Counted from the first letter of the stretch, positions 11,537 to 24,581 are shown. The stretch: 64,000 nt of DNA from Rhizodiscina lignyota (GCA_010015805.1 ML978122.1:248001-312000), one strand, 5' to 3'. Notes: generated by a model from the letters alone, not told the origin. Made by a program: numbers and translations.

Positions 11537-14296
11537 CTACTTAATGAACACTTCAAGTGCGATCTCATTGCTCCATCCTGGCTTTTGATCTGTCTCCTTC
11601 CACGCTCTGGCGACGTCAACTTCGAATACGTTCGTCTCTTTGCCCATCTTCACACAATGCATAGGAATTGGCGTGCCACCAATGAGCACCATGAAGTCAT
11701 CTTCGATGGAGCGCTTGTCGAGGTCCGTGATGTAGACACCTGCCAGGGAACAAAAGTCAGCGGAAGACCACTGCAAATAGAAGAATCAGACTTACCAAGA
11801 GTTCCGAGTGCCTTCAGGCTTGTCCAGAACCGGACAGTCCAATTCTGATCGGACGAGATCGACGTGTTGACTATGGCGGCCGCACCGGTCATCTTGCCAA
11901 TCAGTCCAAGGTTTGCAACATAGACCTCCTCCTTCTTGTCCTCCTTAGAATAGGGTCCATAGACTGAGTAAGCGGACAGAATCTCATATCCCTTTACGGG
12001 CAGGTCAAGGACGACGAAATTGAAACCAGGTTTCTTGAGAGACATTGGCTTCGAAATTTGTCCTGTTGTGTGGGCGCGAACAACGTACGTGCCCTCTTCA
12101 GTACCATAGAGATCACTGAGAGTAACGATCTCGCTCAGCTGTGTCTGGGATACGTTGAAGACGCCGAGAATACTTGTCCCGGTACGAGCGAAGCCATTGT
12201 ACGTGCCGACCTTCAGCAGCTTTAACTCATCATAGGCAGCATAAGGATGCGTTGCTCTTCCGAGGACACTTGGGCGTAAGATCACCGTGTCGCCGCGAGT
12301 GGTTTGTGCCGTCATTTGATGAATTAGATCAACGTCATGTTTTCCAGGAATGTCAGTGAAATAGATCGGACCACCAGATACACATCGGGCGGCGGCGTGA
12401 AATGCCGCCCAGGGGTGCGATGTTTGGAACATGTCCCAGTCCGGAAGCGCATTTAGATGCTGGGTGAGAAGCATATTGTATGCGTTGCAGAACACGTGCC
12501 ATGGGTGGGAGTCCTCAACGTCGGGGAAGAAATCGTCAGAATTGCGAACGAGGATGCGCGGTCTGTTGTTTGGGATCTGAGAGTGGTAGATTATTTGAGG
12601 TGCCTGCGACATGCAAGAAATAGCTCTGGCGGAAAAATGACGAAGCATTGCTACAACCCAGGCGTCTTGATATGGCTTAGTCAACGCACGTCGTGCTGGT
12701 GCCGAAGTGATCTCGTCCAATTGGAATTGCGCGTCAGTCTTCACCGAATCGATGCCGGCAGAGCTTAGGAAGCCGTAGAAGTCTTCATAGAAGCGCTTGA
12801 CATCGTCCGCTGACACAACTGTCCAGGAGTCTCCTGTAGCACCAGGTACCTTTTTCACTTGAGTGGTCTCGTATTCTTTAGCAATCTTGCCATCAGGCGA
12901 GACAGCTCCCCAGTAGCCGAGCAGTGCATGCCACACCGCAATATGCTTGAGGTTAGGATTCTGCTGTCGAAGCGTGCTCGTAGTGTGAGCAAGGCCTTTC
13001 GGAAACCCTTCTTTGTTTGCCTCGAATTCCATCCACCGTCGGGCATTCTGGCCCTCTCCAGGATGATCCAGAGACTGCCAATTGTCATCAATGATCAGGT
13101 TTGTGATATTGATGTCATGTTTCCTCAGCGATGCCAGGGCGTCAAAGATCTTTTGTTCTGTCAAATTCTGACCCAGGCCGTTCCATGTGCAGTACGCGAA
13201 ACCATCATACCACTCCTCCAGCCATTGGGGCTTGATATCCTTTTCAAGCGCAGCGATCTCCTCATTGGCAGAATTGCCCCAGTCATCATTTCCTCCAAAG
13301 TGTGCGACCACAACTTTTCGCGCCTCGAACATGGCAGCAGCACAGGCCTCTTCAAACGTGGTCCCAATGGCGACAACGACTCTCCCAGTACCATCCTTCT
13401 CAGAATCATTTCGGCCGTGGATGATAATATTGCCCTCGTCATCACTCCTGAAGAAGCATATCGTATCCCCAATACCGCTCAAGGCCAGTAAGACGATGTG
13501 GGTTCCATCGTTGAGTAAGAAAGCACACATCATTGTATCCTTGTCGACTTGAAATTTCACTCTCCCATGGCGGGGAGCAAGCCACGGTGCCCAGAGTCGG
13601 ACCAAGCAGAAATATCTACTGAAACCAGCTGGGATCCCAAGTCTGTAACTGGTGTAACCAGACTCTTCGCCTTCGGCCGCGTCGATCCGCGTCAATAGGG
13701 AATAGACTCCAGCCTTATTTTGCGGTTTTTCTTTCTGTACTGTAATTTCAGTATTGAAATTCTTGAAATAATCAGCAAGCTCTCGCTCTGGCCCTTGCGA
13801 GTTCAGTTTCTGGTAGCACAACTGCCCGTCGGTTACAGAGCTTTGATCACGGATCCATTTCCACGGCTCGTTCGGGCCGCTCCTGAATCTGATTGTGAAT
13901 GAAACGAGATCTTTGTCCTGGGGCTTCCCCTCCAGCTCCAGACGAAAGCATTGCCTCCGCACCCCTGCTTTCGGTTCTGCCTCGATAAATACCTACTCTA
14001 GCTGTTAACGAAATTGAAAGTAAGTTCTAAGGCCAGACTTACCAGGTCAGAGGGGTCCTCCAATTCCGCAAATGAGGTGCCTTCCCAGTCCTGTGAAGTG
14101 CCTATATTGTGCCATAGCTGAACCTCCAGCTCCCGGGTCGGTGAAGCATTCGTCTCAACAAATACGGTGAAAGTCACCTTCAGGTATTAGCGGAAATTTT
14201 GTGGAAGGCTTTGAAGAAAATACATACAGAAGGCGATCCAGCTGGAACAGCAGTTGCTTGCCCAAGTGGTGGGTGGCAGAGAACCTTTGCATACAT
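11537..14296 (-). CDS. GH36 raffinose synthase/seed imbibition protein (Sip1)-type alpha-galactosidase, 4 exons
   Basis: Motifs YCTWNGLG, LIIDDNWQ, VWHALLGYWG, VKTDAQ, RNSDDF, PDWDMFQT, HAAARCVSGGPIYFTD. Start MYAKVLCHPPLG at 14296; introns near 14227-14179, 14042-13995 and about 11794-11741. Confidence 0.9.
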
Positions 14297-15109
14297 GTTG
14301 CTGGTGTCTTTGTTTTCTGGTTCTGGCCAATGAACGAGTCGCTCTGGTAGCTTATAGCTCATGCCAAAGGGCCATTTGAAGGATGGCCCCAACCTTTGCA
14401 TGAGATTTATAGAGAGCGAGAATCGAAAAGACGGCGGAAATTGCAAGCAACAACTCGACCGAGACAATTGTAACTTTGGACAGGCAGACGTCTTCGATGT
14501 GGAGGTTCAGGATGAGTAGAGCATCGGCTCTTCAAAACTCCGACCCGCAAAGAAGCTGTGCGGATGCCCGACTCGAGGGCGACAAAATAGCTGGCTGCAG
14601 GGCAAGAGCGAGCACCTCCGAGCGAGCAATTCTTGCACTGCAAGGCCAGGGGGCTTATATCTGAAAGCTTACTTCTACGTTCTTTGGAGTGTGTATAACA
14701 GTAATACACCGTTGGAAAACTTACACACTTTATTAGTCGTAGAGACTTCACATCACAAGTGTTTAGTGACTTGAAAGCTAGCTGGGCCCAACTTTTTTGT
14801 CACCCACGATCTCCCTCCCGCCTGCCAGGGCCAGGGCTGCTCTATTTCCAGAGTACGCGTTTTCGGATTCATTGGCGCGTTACGGAACTTCACATCACTT
14901 TCTTTGACCCAGTGGCCGAATTATCATGTCCATAACCGAGCGACAGCCGCTTGTTAGCATCTCTGGCTAATTTCTAGGTGTTCCGATGTTGCAACTAACG
15001 CGATGAAGCTTTTGGAGACCAGCACCTGAATCCGATCATATCATTCTACCATCCTGACCTTGCCGAAGCGATTGTCAGCAAGTTGTCGAAACAGCCATTG
15101 AAGCCGAGT

Positions 15110-16945
15110 ATGAGGCTCCTGGCGTCTAGAGTTAGCAGCGTACAGCAAAAGGCTTTCGTCTGTTGGCGATGCTCACTGCGACGAAACGCCAATCTCGCTC
15201 GAAGACGTACTCTCACACACTCAGTCGATCAGAGCAGGCGAAAGTACTGGGAGAATGAGAAGAATAGAAAATATGCCGAGCAACATACAGTGCTGGATGT
15301 GTTAGAAGAGCGTGGACTCATCAATCAATTGACTGGGTAATACGCGCCAGGGTACGTTGGCTTTGGAAGGAAGGCTGATGATATGCTGTAGGGATCGAAC
15401 ACATTTTGCGAGCATTTTGGCGAAAGGGAAATCCACCGAGAACACTGAGAGGAGGCCTGGGGTATATTGTGGAGTTGATCCCACTGCGGTCAGCATGCAT
15501 GTTGGGCATCTGGTACCGTACATGGCGCTTTTCTGGATGTATCTATATGGATACCCTTCATATGCCATAGTACGTCAATATAAATACCTTTGTGCTGTAT
15601 ATCTTGCTCATTCTGTCAAGGTTGGCGATGCCACGTCTCAAATTGGCGACCCCACTGGCAGAACGACTTCACGTGAAACCTTAAAGTCCGACGCACGCGA
15701 GAGCAACGCGTCTAATATCCTACAGCAACTGGAACGCATGTTTGGGAATGTGGATAAGATTGCTGCAAAGCACAACATTAGGGTCGCATCCTCGGGGATG
15801 ACTTGGATGATACGAAGGAATCTAGAGTGGACTGAGAAAGTATCATGGCTCACAGTCCTTAAGACCTTGGGGACTGGATTCAGACTCGGTCCGATGCTCA
15901 GTCGAGATACGTCCGTCATGTCTCATTGCCTTCTCGCCCTGTAAATGCTGACCCTTTCCAGTGTGAAACTCAAGATGGAAAAGGGGGATGGGATGTCCTT
16001 CGCCGAATTCTCATACCCCCTTCTTCAAGCCTATGATTGGTGGCATCTGTATCACCTCGAATACGTCCAGATACAGATTGGCGGCTCGGACCAGTTCGGC
16101 AATATTGTTACTGGTATCGATGCCATTCAACACATGATGAAGATGTACAGCAATGACGGCACAGTGCATAATCAATCGATAAACCTTCGCGCCGGCAATG
16201 AAGCGCCAATGTATGAGCCATTGGGCCTCACAGTGCCACTGCTCACTACTGCTTCTGGTGCGAAGTTTGGCAAGAGTGCTGGCAATGCAATTTGGCTCGA
16301 CAAAGACATGACGAGCGTATTTGATCTCTATGGAGTGGGTGGCTGTCCCTAATCTTCTTGGGCGTATTGGCTGACCAACTACAGTACTTTGTCAGCACGC
16401 CAGATGCAGACGTCGAACGGTTGTTGAAATTCTTCACTTTCCTGCCTCTGGACACGATTGCTGCCGTCATCCGAGAACATAATGGAGATCCCAGTAAACG
16501 GGTGGCTCAACATCTCCTGGCCCAGAACTTTGTGGAGCTCGTTCATGGTAAAGAGGAAGCGGCGGCTGCGGAAGCACAACACAGAGCTGCTTTCGCAAAG
16601 CTCCTGGATGGTTCACACTTCTCAATTCAAACTTTCAGAGACCGGGAAGACATAGTGTCACTCCCAAGGTCCGACGTGGTCGGACAGCCGCTTGCAAAGG
16701 TCCTACATGTCGCAGGGTTCATTGAATCTAGGTCCAAAGCGCAAAATCTACTGGAACAGAGTGGTATCAGACTATTTGGAAGAACTGATGGCTCGGCAGA
16801 CTCGACCGGTTTCAAGAAACTCGGATCAAAAGACAAGTTCATCAGTATCCAGCACGACTGGATATTGGATGGCAATTTGCTTGTCTTCAAAATTGGCAAG
16901 AACAAAATTGTAGCGATTCAGGTGACTGAGGAGATGGATAACTAG
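15110..16945 (+). CDS. MSY1: Mitochondrial tyrosyl-tRNA synthetase (CYT-18/Msy1 orthologue), 5 exons
   Basis: Arg-rich presequence; GVDPTAVSMHVGH (HIGH-like), IGDPTGR, FAEFSYPLLQAYD, QIGGSDQFGNI, KFGKSAGNAIWLD (KMSKS-like); S4-like C-terminus. Introns 15337-15391, about 15570-15620, 15911-15961 and 16335-16384. Confidence 0.95.
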
Positions 16946-17038
16946 AAGATGTCTTTGCGAGCGCACAGAGCGTAGTTGCGTTGGTACATTTGTATACATA
17001 TATGTACAAGTAGAGCCGTCATCATAAAAGGGCTAAGG

Positions 17039-18040
17039 TCATTGGGCTTTGTCCTGAGAATTTCTATCACCTCCACTCGCAGGGGGATTATCCCAGCCTC
17101 CCAATGACTTAAGTCTATCGCCCATTGTTGACTGCCCTGCGGCTTTGCGTTTTGCTCGCCATTTCTTCTCCTCTTCGAAATAATCTCCGACATCCATAGC
17201 GTGTTGGATGTGCTCGCGTACTTCGCCTTCTATCAGCCTCTCTTCTAGCGCTTTCTCCTCAGGCGACTTATTCTCCAATCGCTTCAAGTATGGTTCCCGC
17301 TCCTTCGGTGGCAGTTTTGACAGAACGTATTCGACGCTCCGATGGTTCGGCCCGTCCATGAAGTCTTTAACGTTTTCTTTTGCCATCACCGGCAAGGTCT
17401 CCTCTACTGCTCTCCCTTCCGCCTCAGCCTGCTTTCGCGCATCCTCCCTCGCAATCATCTCCCGAAATAATTTATCCCCATGCATCTGTATCCTTTCCAT
17501 CCGATCCTCGTCCCCAATCGCACTCATGTAACCCAGCGCCTTCAGAAACTTCCCCTGCATCTCATAGCACCGGAAAAAGGCCGAGCTCTTCTCGCTGCAC
17601 ATTGTCATGCGGTCGAACCAGCTACCGTTGGCAAGGCAGTCGCGGTACGCGAGTCGCTCGAAGATGCAATTCTCAGATGCCGCGTCTTTGACCCTGGCTT
17701 GTCGGTCTTTATACGCATCGACGAGGTCGCTCAGCATTTCAGTGTCTGTTTTCGCTGCTGCTTCGACTTGGGCGAGGGGTCTATAAGTCTTCCAGAGGTG
17801 GGCGTAGCGGCCATCCTGAAACACTGACTCTTTTGGAACGGCCCTTTCGCCTGAAGCTTCTGTCTGTGTCGGAGGAGGAGCGGCGGAAGCGAGTAGGTCG
17901 AAGTTCGATTTCGGCGGCGGCTCTGAAACATGTGGTCTTTCTGGAGGTTTTTCTTTCTCGAGGAAGTCGCGGAGGTCAGGATCGAGTTTGTCGACGGCAC
18001 CACCAGACTTGTTTGATGAATTACCCCAGAACCACCCCAT
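17039..18040 (-). CDS. Conserved-looking hypothetical protein with twin CX9C motif
   Basis: 333-aa intronless ORF starting MGWFWG; contains CIFERLAYRDC and CSEKSSAFFRC. Confidence 0.75.
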   Translation of the reverse strand: MGWFWGNSSNKSGGAVDKLDPDLRDFLEKEKPPERPHVSEPPPKSNFDLLASAAPPPTQTEASGERAVPKESVFQDGRYAHLWKTYRPLAQVEAAAKTDTEMLSDLVDAYKDRQARVKDAASENCIFERLAYRDCLANGSWFDRMTMCSEKSSAFFRCYEMQGKFLKALGYMSAIGDEDRMERIQMHGDKLFREMIAREDARKQAEAEGRAVEETLPVMAKENVKDFMDGPNHRSVEYVLSKLPPKEREPYLKRLENKSPEEKALEERLIEGEVREHIQHAMDVGDYFEEEKKWRAKRKAAGQSTMGDRLKSLGGWDNPPASGGDRNSQDKAQ

Positions 18041-18889
18041 TTTGCCAATTAGATGCTATATGCGATCCATGGAGTGTGGCGTCCTCTGATTGAAAGAGTC
18101 GCTCTGAATTATGCAGAATCGTTCGCGTCTCTCATCTTGAAGCTCCAGCTTGATATGCGCTAGTCTATTTAAGCACTCTATGATATTTCATAACTTGGCG
18201 CCAAGCCTTTTTGATCTCCGGTCAGAATAACCTCTTTTCGAGAGCAACAAGACACCGTCTTGTGAAGCTTCCTCATATCAGTGAAGTTGCATTTGAGATT
18301 GTCAGGGAGTAGCTTAACCAGCCTGTCTTAGAAGATTTGCTTCTTATTGTCAAGGAAAAAAGACGTTGTTGCAGGTCTCGTTCGCTCGCCAGAAATTTGC
18401 TCTTTCGTAGGCGTTTTCTGCAGCTCTCGCTGCTTGACAGCCCACAGATCGTGGACCTTCTCCAGCTCGATACTCCGCTGCAGGAATCCCTTTGCTCCGG
18501 CAATCATCGACTTCCAAGCTGGCCCAAACTGTGTCATGCCCATTTGCTTGGGGTGTACTGCTCCAGACATGACCGCAGCCAACAATGCCATCTTGGAATA
18601 CAACAAATTGATTTTCGCATCACCGACGGGATCAAAAACTGACGACGACTTCTGGCTGAAGGTTGCCATATATAAGGGCTTTCAGAAGCTGTTGCGATCT
18701 AGAAATTGGTAGCAGATATACTCACAACTGATCTTACGATACTGAGATGTAATTTAAAGCGCATTGCAAAATTGATATGTAATTTTTTTTCTTTCTGTTG
18801 TTAATGGCCTTGTTTGCTAAGCTTTCCTCCTTGAGCAGTTCCAGGTCATTCGACGGCATTCGACATATCATCATTCCAAAGTAACAAAT

Positions 18890-20246
18890 TTATTTGGCAA
18901 TACCATATAGTCCCATGTCCGCTTCTTCGACTTGGACCCAATCCGATTTCCCTCTATCAGGACCTGTTGGCGGTGGGCTTGAGATTACCATTCCATTTCT
19001 CATTCTTGACTCGTCGGAACTACCCTTGATAGCTAACAACAGCTTACGATTCAGTCGGAGTCGAGTATAATCGCGTGGGAAGTAGTCACCAGGGTGTAGC
19101 ACGATGAAAATGGAGTAGATTGCTGAGTCCATGTTAGCTTCAAGGCGAGATAGTGTTATGGCGATGCAGCTTACCGAGGAGAGGCAGCTGGTCGAAGAAC
19201 CAGAATACCCATTCTTGTGTGATAGTGTAGCTCGAAGGCACAACCATCTGATCGAATACTACCACTTGGTCGATTTGACGAGCCTGGATACATATCAGCG
19301 TCTTCACAAGTTTTCTTTAGTCCGTCCACGTACAGTGATAAGAGCGGAGCATGCTATTACGGCATAGCTCAGCTGCTTCCAGTGCACTGGCCGCCCCACC
19401 ATGTCTCCTTGTGCTTCCCATGTTGTTGCCAAGCAGTGAAAGCGCGCTGTCATGATCGTAAAGCCTCCGAACACGAATATTTGGAGCACATTGCCCGCGC
19501 CTTCGACATGCGGGCCTGTCGGTTTCCCGAGAAAGATGTTTGAAGCCGTCTGTGGAAGGGTCAGCCATCTAATGCAGCGGAGAAGGCTGGGTCAAGACGA
19601 CGGACCTTGACGATATCGCAACTAATACTCATGCTCGCCCATCTAAAGGAGACAAAACCTGGCGGTGCCCAGACGGCGCTCCATGTCCGCTTCTCGTTAG
19701 GAGTAATCCACCAGAAGATGCGGGTGAATGTGAAAATGATGCTAATCGCTGTGATTGACCCGAGTGCTCTGGACTGTCATCAGCCTCATCATTGACTTGC
19801 TAAAGTTCGGTTCAATGCGACGTACTTCTGGGTAAACTTAAACACAAGGAAGAAATTGACGAGTCCTGGATTGAGTGTGATAACAACTCTCGCGGTGGAA
19901 GATACCGCCGCCACTGCACAAGAGTTAGCAATTCCCAGGCAGCCCTCAATAAATTGCTCACTGAGGGTATCGTACAGAGCGTGGATTGTGGTATGATTAG
20001 AAAATACCACGTTTTCGTCCTGAATACATGGATCGTGTGTAGCAGTGTCGCTATGGCAAAGAATATCGCCCCTATGAGTGCGATGAGAAATGAGGGCTGA
20101 TAGGCGAAGAATCCCATCATTGTCATTCCGGTGACTGATGTACCTGCAGCCACTGGGGCGCCGGCGACCGTTGTTCCTCCTGCGGCTGGCATTCCTGGTG
20201 GTGTTCCAGACATGCCTCCGCCAGACGCGGGAATTAGGGACGCCAT
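18890..20246 (-). CDS. RTA1-like (lipid-translocating exporter family) membrane protein, multi-exon
   Basis: YQPSFLIALIGAIFFAIATLLH...RTKTWYF, TVRGVYR-like TM region and final IVLHPGDYFP. Canonical introns link ORF fragments 19812-20246, 19304-19489 and 18890-19243. Confidence 0.75.
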
Positions 20247-21594
20247 AGATTGCGATGTGCTTTCGCTTAAGCCGAACGGATTTGATCATGCGCCAGTAGA
20301 GAATGGATTGGGAGCTATTACTGTTGCCATGTAAGCTGCACTTGTTTATTTATTTATGAGGCGAGGCCAACCTCGAAAGATTGTTGCTTTTTTGATGTGA
20401 CCATGGAGCGCGATCTTCGAAACGTTGTGGAGAGAGCGGATCTAAGAGACAAGGGATAAGGTGGAGAACTTATCGAAATGGGTTTAGAATTTTGGACGAC
20501 GAAGGAAATAAAGTGGATCACAAGTCTATATGCAAAAGAGGTGCTTGGAGGGCATTGCAGTTTGTGGATACAATTTCATGCAGTGCATGTTTGCGGCCGA
20601 TCCGAGGTGGGTATGCGACGAGTTTGAGATTTCGAAACACAACAACGTATGCGGCGAAATGGCTTTTAGGCAGTCAGTTTCATTGAAGTAAGAAAACCCA
20701 AAATTCTACTTAGAAGCAAGGATATGAAGATACTTTCAGAGCGATTGCAAACTTGATACAGACGTTTCTCAGATTAAATTGACCCACAGGAAAGGTTGAA
20801 GGCTCCAATCTCACCTTTATAGTCGGCAAGAAGCGCCCCGCAACACTGTTTTGCATTGTGAAATGTTGAAGAGAGATGTTAGAGTTCGCCGGGTGCAAGA
20901 CACCCAGACGAGGCTCGTGGACTGCATGACAATACTTCATACCGCTGAAGTGCGGAACCCTGAAGCAGCGTCGGTGTCACTGGCGTCCGAGAGAGAGTAT
21001 TGATAATGCCAATCCGGCAGAGTTACCCAACAAATAGTGCCTTTCATGGAGTGAAACCGAAGAGAATCCAAAGTTAGCTGAGTCTTTAAGGTCGTAGAGT
21101 TCGAGCATGGTCGGCCCCTCTTTGAACTTTTCTTGAGGAATGCATAGACTCAGGAGTCGGGGCCATCTTGATCAGAAGCTCAGCATGCATAATTTGCCTG
21201 TATCTTATGTTCTTGGCTATTGTGGTTTGTCTTGACATTACAAATGTTGCCCCTCAAAGCGTGTTTGTAATGCACATACGACAAAGTCTTCGCATGTGAA
21301 CCAGAGCTGCTGTGGAGATTTGGCCATGGACAGGTGTTAGCCATTGGCTTTTATTTCGGGGCCACGGTCTTCGAGATTGTTAAAGCATGCTGTCATATTC
21401 CAGAAGTCCTTCAAAAATGATCAGCTCTCGATTACCCAGCGATCGTGGCAGTACTCACCCATCATATGCTCTGATACTCAAGAGCATTGCAGTGCACTGG
21501 ATATTATGCTTCTGTGCGCTGATCCGTAGTCTCCAAATGAAAGGCGAGTTCTTGCAGTAAGAATGGTCTGCACGTGAACCCATTTGCAATGGCT

Positions 21595-22776
21595 TCAACA
21601 CGCACCATCACTATTACGTTGAAGGACACGAGAGTGTACCCACTGCCTGACGGCAGCTTTCAATTTCCCTTCCACCCCGTCCTCAACCCAAAAATGGCCA
21701 GCACCCGTCACTGCAGCAACCTGGAAATTCGAGTTTGCGGCCTCACTAAGTCTCTGGCTCCACTGAGTCAACTTCTTAAATGACGTAAAGAAGTCGTTGT
21801 CTCCAAATATTGAAAATGTGGGGTGTTTCGTCCAGACAGCGTCCGCTCTATTCTGCCCTAGAGGAAACATGACCAGGCTCGAAATAGGCGGGAGTAGAGG
21901 CGATATCAAAAGATAGTAAGGCTCTACTAAGTGGGCACTGGCTGCCTGGTTGATGCTGGTCTCGTCGCTCTCTCCAGCTGCTCGCTCGCTACTCTTCCGG
22001 CGAATTGATTTTATCGTCCTTGGAATGTCAAGGCTACGTTGCAAAAGCTCAGCACTCCGCCGGTTCTCGCGACTGCTACGTGGCATCTCCGAAGAAGCTT
22101 TTCCTCCTATCCTTAAGGAATGGTTCTGAGGACGAGAAAGACGCTCATTTGCTATGCGGTTATTTGTTTCGGTGGCTAGTGCATGTGCTTGAGTTGTAAT
22201 CACCGCAGCGGCGCTGTGTTCTTCGGGGTTCGAGAATTTTGCCAATGTTTCTGAGATCGGAGGAAGTCGTGTGACAACGAGAGAGCCATAAGAATATCCA
22301 CCAAGAACAATATGAAGGTTCTTAGTCTGACTCCTCAGTGAAGATTTCCCGAGAGAGTTGGCATCTTTAGGGGATGGCGAACTACCCGACTCTACTCCTT
22401 TCGTCAATGGCTTTAGTTCTAGTGCATCCAGATACAAGGTCACAAAGGCAAAGAAAGACTCGTAGTCCGCAAGTTCGCCTTTCCCAGTCCATGTCGTCCT
22501 ACCCTTGGAGCCTCCAGCACCTCGGAAGTTGAACGTCCCAACTGTCACGCCTTCTTTCAACAGGACTGAGCATAGACAAGTGAGGACAGGTACATCATAG
22601 CAACCTCCAAGTGGGGCGTAAGGATGTGCTATAATCACCGCAGTGTTTGTCCAATTTCTCGCAGGCTCCTGGTCTCCGTTTGGAGGAGAAGATGGATGAT
22701 AGATTCTGCAGTCAAGGCTGATTTCGTCGAAGATCGATGGAATTGAAAAGCTTAATGCCGGCTCTGGAGGCCCCAT
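21595..22776 (-). CDS. Alpha/beta-hydrolase fold protein
   Basis: AHPYAPLGG, FNFRGAG, nucleophile elbow GGYSYG, GDNDFF (acid) and GAGHFW (His). Confidence 0.85.
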   Translation of the reverse strand: MGPPEPALSFSIPSIFDEISLDCRIYHPSSPPNGDQEPARNWTNTAVIIAHPYAPLGGCYDVPVLTCLCSVLLKEGVTVGTFNFRGAGGSKGRTTWTGKGELADYESFFAFVTLYLDALELKPLTKGVESGSSPSPKDANSLGKSSLRSQTKNLHIVLGGYSYGSLVVTRLPPISETLAKFSNPEEHSAAAVITTQAHALATETNNRIANERLSRPQNHSLRIGGKASSEMPRSSRENRRSAELLQRSLDIPRTIKSIRRKSSERAAGESDETSINQAASAHLVEPYYLLISPLLPPISSLVMFPLGQNRADAVWTKHPTFSIFGDNDFFTSFKKLTQWSQRLSEAANSNFQVAAVTGAGHFWVEDGVEGKLKAAVRQWVHSRVLQRNSDGAC

Positions 22777-23090
22777 TGTAGTAATTCGCTGAGCATCTTA
22801 GCTCACTGGGCAATATCAGAGAAGCTCTAACAAGTCTTTGATGTGAATCGTGTTATTGATGGTTCGGAGCCTTGAGGTAGGGAGTTTGAAGATAAGATAC
22901 AAGGCTAGCGCGCTTTCGGAGCTAAAATTACATCACGCACTGACATCATTGGCCGACCTTCCAGCAGTGCCTCAGACAAAGCTCACATGCTTCAGTCACG
23001 CTTCGCAAGGCACGCGTGCCTTTGAAGCTGCTTGTCACTGTCCCATTATATATCTTTTCACTCTCCATTTCTCCCTCGGATGCCGCAAAA

Positions 23091-24581
23091 ATGTCGCTCT
23101 TTCGCTCGTTCTTACAGAACCAATCGACACCACCTCCGAAACGACGCGACTCGAACTCCTATTCCCGAGGCTCGATCCACGAACTCCCTCTCTATCACTC
23201 TCAAGCCCAGAGCCCTATGATTCCTCAGAATCTTGCCGAGTCCATGTTCCCCCCAGTTCCAGTAGCTTCAGGTGTTCGAGCTTCCACCTTACGACTCGAG
23301 CAAGCGAGCTCGACGGACGATGAATTACTAGCTCTAAGGAGAAGGGAAGAGTACTTACAGGGAAAGCTACAAGCATTGCTGGATGCACAGGCAGATGCAC
23401 TGGTCGCAGGTCTAACAGGCGGTGAGAATGGGGGTGTATTAGAGGACGATGAACTGAGGAGCGGGAGCAGCACCCCAACGGTGCAGAGCGTACAGCGTGG
23501 GAGCAGATCTAAAAGCCCTAATATCAACAACAATCGGGAACAAGGGCGGAATGTGGGTCTCAGAACTGCCAGGAGAGGAATATGGCAAACAATACGACAG
23601 CTCTCTGTTGTAAAGAATGAGCAGGATGGATACCTCGGGGCCGATCAGCAGGAGGATGAGCGCATTCTGGAACAAATTGATATGTGGGAGCGAAAGCGTA
23701 CGGGCCTACAGAGGAAGATGAGCGAAATTGAAGAACAGGAGGGCAGCGAAGATGTGACGACACTTCAGCGCGACGCGGATACGCTGGGTGGAGAGATAGA
23801 GGAACTCGAAATAAGACTAGCGCAGATGAAGACAAGGCACAGGCAGATGCTGGAAGAAATTGCAGACATCGAGAATGCGGTTCAGAGCAAGCTCAGCTCG
23901 TATAGTAACTCGCTCAGCATGCTAGAGAGAGACATTCAATCCTTTTTGAAGACTGCGCCGGAGAGGGAAGACCAGAACGCCTCGAGGACGAGTCCATTTC
24001 TTATGCTCCCCCCGAAGAGAAGGACCCTGAGCATGGCGAAAGAGTATTGGCAGGATAAACTTACTGATGTGGAGAGGGCTCGAAATGATGCGCAAGTTGA
24101 GAAAGATGCGCTGGACGAGGGCGCTATTGTGTGGAAAGAAGTCGTGAATACAGTGACGGACTTCGAAGCATCACTAAAGGAGGAGATGGTTGGACTTGTG
24201 AAGGAGAACGATAAGGAGAAACTTGAGCAACGAACGGCCGACCTTGGGCGCCGTCTAGACGAGACATTACAAGGCATCGAAGAGCGCTTCAGAATGGCAG
24301 AGGAAAAAGATTGGAAACTATTGATATGTTGCATTGGAGCAGAGCTGGAAGCATTCAAGCAGGGGAAGGAAATACTCGAATCACTCCTCGCGCCACAAGG
24401 ACAGGAGGGCAATGGCCATACAGTGGTGCCAGGGCCGAGTTCGCCAGGGCCGCTAAAAACATCTGCACGAGGCAGTCCACGTATAAAGAGCAAGATCTCG
24501 TCACCTCCAGCAAAGATCGCTTTGCCAGCCAACGATTCTGACGATGATCCGGACCCGGAGCTTTTAATCTCGCATCAATAA
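23091..24581 (+). CDS. Atg28-like coiled-coil protein
   Basis: Coiled-coil ORF with LQALLDAQADALVAGL, FLMLPPKRRTL and WKLLICCIGAELEAF. First ATG at 23091. Family recognised from memory. Confidence 0.6.
   Translation: MSLFRSFLQNQSTPPPKRRDSNSYSRGSIHELPLYHSQAQSPMIPQNLAESMFPPVPVASGVRASTLRLEQASSTDDELLALRRREEYLQGKLQALLDAQADALVAGLTGGENGGVLEDDELRSGSSTPTVQSVQRGSRSKSPNINNNREQGRNVGLRTARRGIWQTIRQLSVVKNEQDGYLGADQQEDERILEQIDMWERKRTGLQRKMSEIEEQEGSEDVTTLQRDADTLGGEIEELEIRLAQMKTRHRQMLEEIADIENAVQSKLSSYSNSLSMLERDIQSFLKTAPEREDQNASRTSPFLMLPPKRRTLSMAKEYWQDKLTDVERARNDAQVEKDALDEGAIVWKEVVNTVTDFEASLKEEMVGLVKENDKEKLEQRTADLGRRLDETLQGIEERFRMAEEKDWKLLICCIGAELEAFKQGKEILESLLAPQGQEGNGHTVVPGPSSPGPLKTSARGSPRIKSKISSPPAKIALPANDSDDDPDPELLISHQ

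Noticed and set aside
18180..18712. Overlapping short ORFs with a faint F-box-like stretch interrupted by a stop
   Set aside because: No consistent gene model; could be a pseudogene but cannot be supported.
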